From the NCBI RefSeq assembly GCF_964188315.1, contig NC_135667.1, forward strand, positions 26,040,001 to 26,104,000: a stretch of 64,000 nucleotides of DNA, given 5' to 3'. The notes under the pieces were generated by a model. It made no database searches. It saw nothing but the letters and a program-made list of their open reading frames with translations, and was not told the DNA's origin. Numbering within the stretch: position 1 is the first letter of the stretch; every line of letters starts with the position of its first letter. Below are positions 24,290-35,907 of the stretch, piece after piece. Made by a program: the position numbers and the translations under genes. Source of the stretch: Podarcis muralis. Lineage: Eukaryota.

Positions 24290-24684
24290 GGGTTGGAACT
24301 TAACTGGTTAAGAAGTTCCCATGATGCCTCAATTCAGACGTCAGCTGTAGAAGCTGGGAGGAGTCTGGGAGGAGTTTCTGTCCTCTTCCCCTCTGGTCGT
24401 TGAGGGAGAAAGACGTAGCCGGTAATGGCGGAAAGGAGCCCAGGAGATTCCTGGGGGAATGTCGGAATAAAGAGCTGAAATGGACAAACCTGGACTCTGT
24501 GTTTGTTTGGAAGCTAAGTGAAGGACGTGACAGTTCATCACCGCTGTGTTTATCTCTGCTAAGGTGTGACTGGAGCTACCGGACGACGTAGCTGAGGGAA
24601 GCGTGCCGGACCGGGCTGCCATAAAAGCTAATTGGGGGCCAATAAATCAATTAGCTGGGGTCCCAATAAACCGATTTTGCCACA
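24287..24684 (+). repeat. 5' LTR (terminal TG lost)
   Basis: Matches 27101-27498. One substitution noticed by eye (GGTCGTTG vs GGTCATTG). Confidence 0.92.
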
Positions 24685-26299
24685 GGTTATGGGTAATTAC
24701 CGCTTGTAAAACTGTCACTGGAAGTGCCGGAATGCGTTTGAAGTCTGCGGTCTAAGGCAGAGCAACGGAGCACGGCAGGAGACGGAGAGCTGCGGAGTTT
24801 AAAAGCGGCTGGTAAAAGGACACAAAGTGGCTGCCTGTGTTGCTGAGTGCTGGGACCAGCTGGAGCTCTGGATCTGAGAGCTGAGAGCAGCAAGGAAACG
24901 TTTCTCCACGGAAGGGAGTGCCAGAGGAGCTTGGGAACTGTAAGTACAGCTTGGGGCCCCTTGGGAGAACGGAAGAGGATGGCAGGCTGCCAGGTCTTGG
25001 AGGACATTCCATGCTCACTTTAAGAAGTTGGGCAACCTGGCTGCTGATCTGCAGTCTACTGTTCTGGGTGTCAGGAAGCCAGAGGCCACTTGGCTAGTGC
25101 TCCAGGGTGTTTTATGAGGCTGGAGGCAACAGCAAGGGCCGGGAGATGGCTGCTTCAGAGCAGAAGGCAAGATGGCGCTGACCACCTTCGTGAGAGCCGG
25201 TGCACAGCTGGGAAGGGCTGTGGGCCCCAGAGGGGGGGCGAAAGGGCTATCTGGGAATGTGCTGCATTTGCTGGGAAGCTTCAGCAAAAGGCCAGAGCCC
25301 TGGAGAAGGAATACAAAAGCCTAGAGACGGCTGGAGCCCCTATCCCTGATGCTTTAGCCACAAGGAGTGCTGCTGAGCAGGTGGGGGGGGCGAACTTTTC
25401 CAAAGGCACGTTCGAAAAGTTTTCCACTGTACGTGCTGGAATGAAGTGGAGGTTCAGAGGGGGCGGAGCTGGCAAGGAGTGCTTTTCCGGAAGAAGGAGA
25501 AGGAGGCCAGCTGGGAGGAGCCCAAGAGCAGTGATTTTCCACTGGAGTTCGACATCTGCGTGAGGAGCTTGGAGAGAGGCAAGCTGCTGGGAGCCCTTTA
25601 CCTACCACTGGGGGTGCAGGAAAGCGTCCTGGGAGCCCTGGGAGCAGTGGGGGGGGGGCGGTGAGCAGTAAAAGCACAGAAAAGCCTCTTTTTCCAAAGG
25701 CTGCCAAGAGCTGTTTGCGTCGAAAGTCGAAGCCTGGGAAACAGGACACAGCTACAGACTTCAAGGCCAGCCATCTGCTGCAGCGGGAGTTACGTGCTGC
25801 AGAGGTGTCTGGGAACTCTGAGATAAGTCCAGTCTTCAGAGCAACGCAGGATGTTGCGGTTTTGGACGCTGCCAGGACAGAGGCAGCGGGACGTTTGTTG
25901 CTTCTATGGCAACTGTGGAGAACAACTCCAGCCAGGACACAGTGACACGCTGGGTGTTTTGGTTTCTGCTATCAGGCAGCACCTGATAGGCTGCGGAACT
26001 GCAGGGCTGTTTCGACAGGAACAATTGTTGTGCCGGGACTGAATTGTTGTCGGTTATCTGTATCTGCTCTTATGACGCAGGGGTTCAAAAAATGTGCTTT
26101 GAAAATGACACCTGTTCCATTTTCAGAGGGGGGCGACAACGGATCAACATGGCAAAGAGCAAGAATAATTTCTTTGTTCTGGAGTCACCTCTGGTGGGTG
26201 GTGGGAATGCTGAAAAAAGCACAGGCGCAGTGTGCTAAGGTTCCCAAAGATGTGCAAAAGTTGCACAGGTGCACAAAAGGGTACAAACTCCGGAAATGT

Positions 26300-26680
26300 G
26301 GGAGGTCCCAAGGGTGCAGGGCATGCAAAGGTGCAAAGGTACTTGGTTTTCCCGGGTTTTTGGGAGGGTAGCCAAGGAAGCTTTTGAGCTTGTTCACACA
26401 GATCTGTCATGACCCATGAGGTATGAGAGTCTGGGTGGGGCCAGGTATGTGCCATCGCTGACAGATGGCCACAGCCAGGTTGGCTGGTGTCTCTCTCTCA
26501 AATCACAGGGGGAGGCGGCGCAACTGATCAAGGATTGGGTTGCGGAGGTGGAACTAAAGTTCTCCACCAAGGTGCAAGGGTTCAAGAGCGACCGAGGGTC
26601 ACAGTTTACTGGGTCTGCTCTGGAGAAGCTTTTCAAGGAAAAGGGAATACGTCACCAGGTGGCGGGTGCAAAGTCTTCTC
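26300..26680 (+). pseudogene. Copia GAG-pre-integrase and truncated integrase core
   Basis: CRACKGAK zinc-ligand remnant, HTDLS*PMRYESLGGARY, FKSDRGSQF, EKGIRHQ. The sequence ends before the third catalytic residue (the expected NGVAER-like motif is absent). Confidence 0.85.
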
Positions 26681-27098
26681 AAGAGAGAAGGGAGGCTGTT
26701 GCTGAGCCCGGTGACGGGGATCAGGTCCAGAATCAGGGTTCAAATCCCGGTAATGGGGACCAAGTCCAGGGTCAGGGTTCAGGGCAGGTTTGGGCATCTC
26801 CAAGGGTTGTGAAAGGAGTGTCCAGGTGTGAGGCTTCATCTCCGGTAATGGAGAAAGCTCACAAACAGGGTGTCAAGTCAGAGGGGGAAGAGTCTGACGG
26901 AGAAGACACAACTGCTGGCTCTAAAGGGTCAGTAGGGTATCAGATCACAGGTGCGTGGAAAAGTGTCGCACAGTGTGATTCTGGGAATGTTGAAGGGGTT
27001 CAACAGGTGCCTGGGAAAGATGCCGGGAAGTGGCACAAGGCAAAGGGGAAGGTGTTGAACTCAAAAGGGTCTTGTCAGAATGCGAGGCATAGAGGGGG

Positions 27099-27498
27099 TG
27101 TTAGGGTTGGAACTTAACTGGTTAAGAAGTTCCCATGATGCCTCAATTCAGACGTCAGCTGTAGAAGCTGGGAGGAGTCTGGGAGGAGTTTCTGTCCTCT
27201 TCCCCTCTGGTCATTGAGGGAGAAAGACGTAGCCGGTAATGGCGGAAAGGAGCCCAGGAGATTCCTGGGGGAATGTCGGAATAAAGAGCTGAAATGGACA
27301 AACCTGGACTCTGTGTTTGTTTGGAAGCTAAGTGAAGGACGTGACAGTTCATCACCGCTGTGTTTATCTCTGCTAAGGTGTGACTGGAGCTACCGGACGA
27401 CGTAGCTGAGGGAAGCGTGCCGGACCGGGCTGCCATAAAAGCTAATTGGGGGCCAATAAATCAATTAGCTGGGGTCCCAATAAACCGATTTTGCCACA
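27099..27498 (+). repeat. 3' LTR (TG...CA)
   Basis: TGTTAGGG...TTGCCACA, 400 bp, with AATAAA motifs near the 3' end. Confidence 0.92.
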
Positions 27499-27653
27499 TT
27501 ATCTACTTGCACTTAAGGTTGCTTTCAAACTGCTAGGTGGGCAAGAGCTGGGACTGAAGGATGGGAGCTCACCCCACTGCGGGGATTCGAACCACCGAGC
27601 ATGCGATCGGCAAGCCCTAGGCACTGAGGTTGTACCCACAGCGCCACCAGGTG
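27499..27653 (-). mobile_element. Sauria-type SINE, 5' part
   Basis: TTATCTACTTGCACTTAAG...CCACAGCGCCACC, colinear with the intact copy at 39400-39758. Confidence 0.9.
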
Positions 27654-27822
27654 TGATCATTATTATTACACACTTATACACAATTTTGTGTGTAATTCCA
27701 TTCCAAGCCCAATCTACACAGTGTGGTTTTGCCTGGCAGTGCGAGCCCCAATGAAGCAGAAAATGAGGTGAGTTCCATCAATGGCTTGCTTCCACAGGTG
27801 TCCACAGGACAGGTTCCCCAAT

Positions 27823-28199
27823 AAGGTAAAAAGTTAAAGGACCCCTGGACAGTTAAGTCCAGTCAAAGGCGACCATGGGGTTGTTGTGCTCATCTCACTT
27901 TCAGGCCGAGGGAGCCAGTGTTTGTCCACAGACTGCTTTCCGAGTCATGTGGCCAGCCTAACTAAACCACTTCTGGTGCAATGGAACACCATGACAGAAA
28001 GCAGAGTGCATGGAAATGCCATTTACCTTCCTGCCACAGCGGTGTCTATTTATCTACTTGAACTGGCATGCTTTTGAACTGCTAGATAGTCAGGAGCTGG
28101 GACAGAGCAACAAAAGCTCATCCTGTTGTGTGGATTCGAACCCCAACCTTCTGATCGGCAAGGCCAAGAGGCTCAGTGGTTCAGACCACAGCGCCACCC
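27823..28199 (-). mobile_element. Sauria-type SINE (second, more diverged subfamily)
   Basis: AAGGTAAA tail, GGATTCGAACC B-box (reverse), CACAGCGCCACCC head. Duplicate at 39928-40297. Confidence 0.85.
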
Positions 28200-28579
28200 A
28201 TAGGCAGGGCTGGATTTAGATGAAGAGAGGCCCTAGGCTATTCCACTTGTGAGCAGGGTGTTTTCACTGGTGGCGCCCATTGTATGCCTTGCTATTCCCA
28301 GACCTGATCTCTTTTGGCCTGTATTTTGGAGCCTTATAATTTAGGAAGACTTTGGAAGAATTGGATGACATGTCTTATCAGTTGCTGACGTATGAACGGA
28401 TTTTATTTGCTGCTATTCTGGGCTCCTGGTGAACCAGGGTTTACACCAGCGTAAGAGACTTGGCCAGGACACCAGAATGGATACAATTTATAAGCTTTCT
28501 CCATCATCTGCACAGCAGTTGGTGTTCAGTCAACAGTGCAAAGGCTGAGCTGAACCGTTCCCTGCTGGTTACCTGTTTT

Positions 28580-29098
28580 CAGACTTCTATCCATTTAGCA
28601 GCTGCATCTTGGTTCAGTGGTTTTATAGCTTGCTTGATCTTACTCATTTTGATATTACAGTTAATGTTTTGTGGCCCTAATGAAATGGATCATTACTTCT
28701 GTGAATACTTCCCTCTTCTCAGACTCTCTTGCAGCGACACCAGTGTGTTGGAAATTGCAAGTTACATTGTGGCTCTCATATTTACAGTCCCTCCATTTGT
28801 TCTAACTATAACTTCCTATGTATACATTATTGCTGCCATTTTAAGGATCCCCTCTGCCACTGGGGGGCAAAAGGCCTTTTCCACATGCTCCTCTCACTTG
28901 ATTGTGGTTTCATTTTTTTATGGCACACTCATGATTGAGTATATGATACCGAAGTCAACAGAGAACAGAGAGATGCAAAAGATTTCTTCTCTCTTGTACA
29001 CAGCTCTGTCGCCTCTGGCCAACCCATTTATATACCGCCTAAGGAACAAGGAGGTAAAAAATTCACTAAGGAATAATATTAGGAAACTTGTGAGGTGA
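28580..29098 (+). pseudogene. 5'-truncated copy of OR-A (A'; TM4-TM7 only)
   Basis: Identity to OR-A starts at CAGACTTCTATCC (=17971). There is no in-frame ATG before the OR part. Conserved-site changes: TGRQK to TGGQK and IYSLRN to IYRLRN. Confidence 0.9.
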
Positions 29099-29953
29099 AG
29101 CAACTTAATATGTAATAGAAGGAACCTGAGCATTTTCTGTGGCATTTCTCTCTCTCTCTCTTTTGGAGGGGGTGTTATACAGTTCAGTCTCTGAAAGGAT
29201 GCATCAATCCATCCATTTCCAGGATTAATAATACATTTTATTGAAAATCATGAACCTGTTTAAATAATCCAGTCATTCTTATTATTTATTTTATTCCTAT
29301 TTTTGTGTGTTTTACTGTATTTCCATATATTGTTGTCCACCCTCTTTATTTTAGATGAGTGTATAGTATAAAAATATTTTTAATAAATAGTGTTTGTAAA
29401 ATAATAATAAGATTATATAATTCATTAATTGCATTGGATGACTATTTGTAAAAACTAGCGTATTTTTGTGTGAGGAGAATATCAGCTCCACAATCAGTCA
29501 ATAAAGGTGTGGGAAACCCCAAACTGAAAGCATTGGTGGCTACACCAATAAAAAACAAATGAGTGGCGTATGGCAGGGTTCAATCCACATTCCACATTCA
29601 AAACCAAACAATAATGGTTTCTATATTTTATGTAGCATAATTCAATAAATATATCACCACAAATATTTGTTTCCTAGTGATTTGTTTGTAAAACAAATGG
29701 AATGCCAATTGGGAGAGCAAAAACAAATGACACATTAATGTTTTTTCCACTAGAGTCAGAGAAACAGAAAGATCCAATACAGTGGTACCTCGGGTTAAGA
29801 ACTTAATTCTTCCAGAAGTGTCTGTAACCCGAGATACCACTGTACAGAATTTTTACATGTAGATTCTTAGCCCAGATTCAGATTGTATTAGGCAAAGAGG
29901 GTTTTTTAAAAACACACACACACACACACACACACACCAACAATGATTGATTA

Positions 29954-30195
29954 CAGTGGTACCTTGGGTTACAGACGCTTCAGGTTACAGACGCTTCAGG
30001 TTACAGACTCCACTAACCCAGAAATAGTACCTTGGGTTAAGAACTTTGCTTCAGGATGAGAACAGAAATTGCACAGCAGTGGCGCGGCAGCAGTGAGAGG
30101 CCCCATTAGCTAAAGTGGTACCTCAGGTTAAGAACAGTTTCAGGTTAAGAACGGACCTCCAGAATGAATTACGTTCTTAACCCGAGGTACTACTG
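29954..30195. mobile_element. Tc1/mariner MITE (duplicate of 19369-19610)
   Basis: TIRs and TA flanks. Confidence 0.85.
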
Positions 30196-30875
30196 TATTG
30201 CAAAATAGTTTATTTTTTTCCTGATCTTCCGCTTACATGACATGAGAGACTGTTGCACTGGTTAGGAAGTGAAGTCACTTATTCTTTATAATAAAAGTAT
30301 TTTGCCTAGTATATGGAGCTAGAGTTGGATAGGGAGATGGAAGATGAGCACAGAGCTCATTCATTGCTTGTGCATGCTTTTTAGTTAGCTAGTGTGGCTG
30401 CAATTCTTCACATACTTGGGAGTAAGCTTCACTGATTGCAATGGAACTGACTTCTGAGTAGACATGGTTGGGATAGCACACACATCAAGAGAGTAACAAA
30501 GAAAACACAAAAATAAGGAAGATGAAAATGGCACCTCAAAATGATATGGGGGGTGGAGGTCAGTTTTACAGAATGAAACTAGTAGCATTCCTCCATTTGA
30601 TAAGCATGCTTTACTATAATATAAAATGCATTTTACAGTCCTGTTTGGGGTGTTGACTCCTTTTTGCTTTAAGCTAGTTTTGCACCAGCAACTGATTAAA
30701 ATATGGGATTATTAGAACGTTATTACACCTAACAAAGAAGGAATGTGATAATATATTTAGAAAACTTCATCTCATATTAAGCCATTGTATATGTAGGTGA
30801 CGTTTAATGCAGTTTGCAGTGCTCATTTATAAAATGTAGCTTAAGAAAAACATGAGCACTGAGAGAAATGTGCAA

Positions 30876-30922
<47 letters not shown>

Positions 30923-33137
30923 GCTGCTTTTATTTATATTTAGGAAAATATTAGCTTAATGTTTTGAATATCTGATTTTATCAGTAATTTTAATGTATAT
31001 TTATATTTTATGTAAACCACTTAGAATTTTTTTGAGGATTAATAGTCTATTAAATAAAAAGACTAAATTAAGATTAGAGTCCTATTAGATTTCTATTCCT
31101 AATAAGGAGCTATCCATGCTGAAAGGTCTAGACACTGCTTTGGTACCACTCCCAGTACTTTTGCCAAATGTTCCTGGAAAATTCGCTTAGGACATGATCT
31201 GATGGTTCCTGGGAAGGTTTTCCAGGGACCATAGGATTTCACAACCCTTCGCTATGGGTAGAGAGAAAAGTCTACCCTTGGAAGCCCCCTGCCAGCCACC
31301 ACCATCATCAGTGCTGTGGCAGCAGAGGGAGCAAAACAGGAGGCATTCTGGAGTCAGCCGTCAGTGAGTTGCACCTATTGGTGTATCCTAGTTGGTCAAA
31401 TGCTAGTCATGAGAGATGAGAGACCTTGCTGGCCAGGTTACTAATGCTTCAATCATGGATGATTAGATATTCTGCTTCTGTAGCAGAATTCTAAATGTTA
31501 ATTCCCTGACTAATCTCCTGGGGAAAGGTAGTTTAGTAAGAGTTGGCTCCTCAGCTGCAGATATATTGGGATTCTACCAGTTGCAGAGAGCATGCCCCTG
31601 TATGCCTGTTGCTGGCAGTCACAAGTAGGGAGGCTGCTGTGTACTCAAGTCCTACTTGCAGGCTTCCCAAAGGCATCTGGTTGGTCATTGTGAACTAGAT
31701 TGGCTTTTGGTCTCATCCAGCAGAGCTTTTCTTACATTCTTATGTACTATAGCATAAGATAAGGCAGCATTCCACATTCCATCAGCTGTGAACCTGCTAT
31801 TTACTTATAAACATCTGAGGTTAGTGTTGCTTCTAGTCTTTGGCACTCATATAAGTTGAAGAAGCTGGGTATAATGGTTTATGTTTTGATTTGATTTGAT
31901 TAAAAAGAATTCCTGCACTGATCTGAAAAGACTGATCTCTAGAAGCATCTAGGGATATATTCTCCTGTGATTCTGAACTGAAGCAATGGTAACCAGGAAA
32001 GATATTCCCTGCAGGACAACTCATGCCATACAACACATATAGAACAGAACATCTCAGATATCTTGTCTTCTAAATTGCAGGCAGGCAGGATAAAGGAAAG
32101 AAGGAAGGAAGGAAAGAACAAAAGAAGACAGATGTGCCTTAATTCTTTATAAAGTGAAGATGAGAAAGGAGAAAATGTGGTTTTCATGCCATGGAGGTAA
32201 GCAGTTTTCTGTCTCACTTATCCTTCTGCAAATTTTCAATCTGATCAACTTAATTATATCCATGAACTTCAACAATCATGCTGTGAAACATTCAGGAATT
32301 GTAATATTTAGGCAATGCATAACCAGTGTTACAAGTATACCTGATGCTGCTGAGATAAGTTGTGTGTGGACCATATTGGTTGCCTTTTTATGGATGACCA
32401 CGGGGAGCCCCATGTCATGCTACGAGATGTGCATGATAAATGTTTCTGAAGTGCAAACATTGGACACATGTGCATCATAACACATATAAGCATTGTTTTT
32501 TTGTGATGGGACCCCACTCTGTTCTGCACTTTACATAGGATTTTCATAAGACTTGGGAGCACTTGCTACCTTGAAAATGATGGCTTTCTTTTGTTAGGTG
32601 GGAAATTGCTGTCTTGGCATGGGGAATGGAAATGACACTGGGATAAATCAACTTATTATAAAGGAGAGCCCCCTTAAAGGGCCCAAGATAGTGGGGACTG
32701 GCCATGGCACCTCAGGTTGGGGTCTCTGCCTGGCTAGAATCCTCATTCTCTTTGCCCAGTGAGAACTTGACAACTTGGCTTGTACCATGACAAGGTTCAA
32801 CACTGGCCAACTCTAATGGTGCAGGCTTGGCTTAGTCCAACTGCTGGATTCCATTCCACTAGCATCAGGTGCGTGGAATGATGAGCTGATCCTGGCCCTA
32901 CTGCCATTCCAACCTGTATCATGCTTGGTGCCATCAAAAAAGTTTTGGCCTGATTTCATCCCAACTCCTGGTGTCCTGTCTGTTCATTTGCTGCTCTTCT
33001 GGGTCAAATAATTCGCCTGCCAGGCTAATCTATTAACTTTAATGTTATCTCTTTTTTCAAAGATAGATTCCAAGATCTCTTTAATCTCCGATGAATGCAC
33101 TTCATAAACTATGGAACAGACTACATGAGGAAAGCAG

Positions 33138-34082
33138 ATGAATGTTACAGAATATATCCTCTTGGGTTTTGGAAAATTCGGTCAATGGCAAAATATCCTA
33201 TTTTTTGTTTTCCTCTTGATCTATATTGCAGCCATGATTGGGAATGTACTCATTGTAATTTTAGTGGTAGTTGATCAGCATCTACATACGCCCATGTATT
33301 TCTTCCTGGGAAACTTGTCGTGCCTAGAGACTTGCTATATATCAAATGTCATGCCCAAAATGATGGTGGGCTTGTTGACTGAGGAAAATGTGATTTCATT
33401 CAGCGGCTGTTTTGTGCAGTTCTTTTTCTTTGGTTACCTAATGGCAACAGAATGCTATCTTCTCTCAGTAATGTCATATGATAGATATTTAGCAATATGC
33501 AAACCACTGCATTACACAACAACTATGAATGCACAAATGTGCATCCAACTAGCAGTTTCTTCGTGGATAAATGGACTTATAGCTACTTTAATACTCTTGG
33601 GTTTTATGCTAGAGTTAACATACTGTGGCCCCAATGAAATTGATCATTATTTCTGTGATTCTGTCCCACTTATAAAACTTTCCTGTAGTGACACCAACCT
33701 GGTGGAAGTTATGAGTTTTGTCCTGGCATTCATATTTACCCTTCCACCTTTTCTCCTCACCTTGACATCCTACATAGCCATCATAACTACCATCTTGAAA
33801 ATTCCTTCTACAACTGGGAGGGAAAAAGCATTTTCCACTTGCTCTTCTCACCTTATTGTGGTTTCTACTTTCTATGGAGCCATTATGATAGTGTATATGT
33901 TACCAAAGAGAGAAGCACTCCATGATCTCAACAAAGCTTTCTCTCTCTTGTATACAGTCCTACCCCCTGTCGCAAATCCTCTTATATACAGCTTGAGAAA
34001 TAAGGAGGTAAAGCATGCCATAGGGAAATTATTTGGAAAGTATTGCATTCCTCCAAGAAGCTGGAGAGAATTGTTACAATGA
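33138..34082 (+). CDS. Olfactory receptor B2, 314 aa, intact
   Basis: Near-identical paralog of B1 with all OR motifs. Confidence 0.95.
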   Translation: MNVTEYILLGFGKFGQWQNILFFVFLLIYIAAMIGNVLIVILVVVDQHLHTPMYFFLGNLSCLETCYISNVMPKMMVGLLTEENVISFSGCFVQFFFFGYLMATECYLLSVMSYDRYLAICKPLHYTTTMNAQMCIQLAVSSWINGLIATLILLGFMLELTYCGPNEIDHYFCDSVPLIKLSCSDTNLVEVMSFVLAFIFTLPPFLLTLTSYIAIITTILKIPSTTGREKAFSTCSSHLIVVSTFYGAIMIVYMLPKREALHDLNKAFSLLYTVLPPVANPLIYSLRNKEVKHAIGKLFGKYCIPPRSWRELLQ

Positions 34083-35243
34083 TTAAGAAAAAGCAGTGGT
34101 GAAGCAACTTCATAATCAGAATTTCAGGTGTGTTTTCCTTGAACTGTTTTACCTCTTTTAGCCCCCATCCTAAGAAAACGCTGAAATAGTGTGCAGGTTG
34201 ACCTAGTCCTCTTAGTAATATTGTAATGAAATATTATAGTAAATTGTCTCTAAAATGTGTTTTTGTTCATACTGCTTTACCATGCGTACTTAGTATTCTG
34301 CTTAATAAAAATAATGTATTCCTACTTTGTCATTCCTTTGAATTCTTCCTTTCTCCACATTAACAGCAACACCTGGAGCTGCAACCCACTTTCATCCTCC
34401 TTGCCCTGCTTATGTGTGCCTGTGAGTTTCATAGAATCAGAATTCTGGAGTTGGAAGGCACTAGCTAGTCCACTCCCAGCAATGCATGAATCACAGTTAG
34501 AGAGTCCTGGACCATCCAACATCTGTTTGGAAACTTCCAATGAAGGAGAGTTTCTATAGACATTTTCCTACCTTCTTTGCTAGGAAGGGGTGATACTTTT
34601 GTTCTGTTCTTCATATCCTTCATGTTATTAATTTGATCATTATTATTACACACTTATACACAATTATGTGTGTAATTCCAATCCAAGCCCAATCTACACA
34701 GTGTGGTTTTGCCTGCCAAATGATCCAGGAAAATTTGCTTACGACACGATCTAGTGGTTCCTGTGAAGGTGTTCCAGGGACAATAGGATTTCACAACTCT
34801 TCGCTATGGGTAGAGAGAAAAGTCTACCCTTGGAAGCCCCCTGCCAGCCACCACCATCATCAGTGCTGTGGCAGCAGAGAGAGCAAAACAGGAGGCATTC
34901 TGGAGTCAGCCGTCAGTGAGTTGCACCTATTGGTGTATCCTAGTTGGTCAGATGCTAGTCATGAGAGATAAGAGACCTTGCTAGCCAGGTTACTAATGTT
35001 TCATTCATGGATAATTAGATATTCTGCTTCTGTAGCAGAATTCTAAATGTTAATTCCCTGACTAATCTCCTGGGAAAAGGTAGATTAGTAAGAGTTGGCT
35101 GCTCAGCTGCAGACTTATTGGGATACTGCCAGTTGCTTAGACCCTACCTACACTGGCTATCAGGTTGGACATAACACTGATAGTGTGCTTGTGGCTTTGA
35201 TAGATGATCACCATGTAGAGATTAGGGAACCTGTATACAAGTA

Positions 35244-35503
35244 CAGTGGTACCTCGGGTTACAGAAAGTTCAGGTTACGCGATTTCAGGTTGTGCACCGT
35301 GATGAACCCGGAAGTACCGGAACAGGTTACTTCCAGGTTTCAGCGCTCGCACATGTGCAGAAGCACTAAATTGCTTTTGCGCATGCACAGAAGTGCCGAA
35401 TCATGAACTGCGCGTGTACAGAATCGGCACTGCGGGTTGTGAATGGTGTGGGTTGTGAACATGCCTCCCGCACTGATCACGTTCGCAACCCGAGGTTCCA
35501 CTG
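35244..35503. mobile_element. Tc1/mariner MITE (different body, shared TIR)
   Basis: CAGTGGTACCTCGGGTT / AACCCGAGGTTCCACTG, TA flanks. Confidence 0.8.
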
Positions 35504-35844
35504 TATTTCATCTGAGCCTAATCCTTAGGAAGACTCTGGCAATAGCAAAATCACCATTATAGCCACATTTTAGGTTATTGTCAATTAAGAATTTATTATA
35601 TACCTCCCCCTTCCCTTCAAAAATACAGAATAATGTGTACGCAAACAGAGCTATAAGCAGTACTTTATAGGTGAGTCATTTTTTTTGGGGGGGGGATGTT
35701 TATGAACTGCCCTCAGATGAAGGGTGGTATACAGATTTAGTAAATAATATTAATAATGTAATAATTTTATGGTAGTGATATTTATCACCATTTGTCAAAT
35801 TAAAAATAAATTAATAAGATGATTATTCATTTCCAAAATTAGCA

Positions 35845-35907
35845 TGTTGTTGTTTAGTCGTTTAGTCGTGTCCGACTCTTCGTGACCCCATGGACTAGAG
35901 CACGCCA
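35845..35907 (-). mobile_element. BovB extreme 3' fragment
   Basis: Nearly identical to 2835-2899 (GTCGTTTAGTCGTGTCCGACTCTTCGTGACCCCATGGAC). Confidence 0.85.

Larger units (their letters stand above)
24287..27498 (+). mobile_element. Non-autonomous Ty1/copia LTR retrotransposon
   Basis: Two about 400-bp LTRs, PBS-like GGTTATGGG at 24685-24693, purine tract GAGGCATAGAGGGGG before the 3' LTR, degenerate gag/pol and integrase remnants. No RT or RNase H motifs seen. Confidence 0.9.
17971..28582 (+). repeat. Tandem segmental duplication block 1
   Basis: Colinear with 28580-34715 and 34712-40680, sharing MITEs, microsatellites, OR-B and SINEs. Confidence 0.9.
28580..34715 (+). repeat. Tandem segmental duplication block 2
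   Basis: Colinear with 17971-24082 plus 27654-27735. It lacks the SINE and copia insertions. Confidence 0.9.

Noticed and set aside
24287-24292. TTAGGG at the LTR start (also 27101)
   Set aside because: A single hexamer within the LTR terminus, not an interstitial telomeric array.
26416-27117. 233-aa ORF as a functional or domesticated integrase
   Set aside because: The upstream HTDL motif is cut off by a stop, the core ends before the catalytic Glu, and the C-terminal half is low-complexity spacer.
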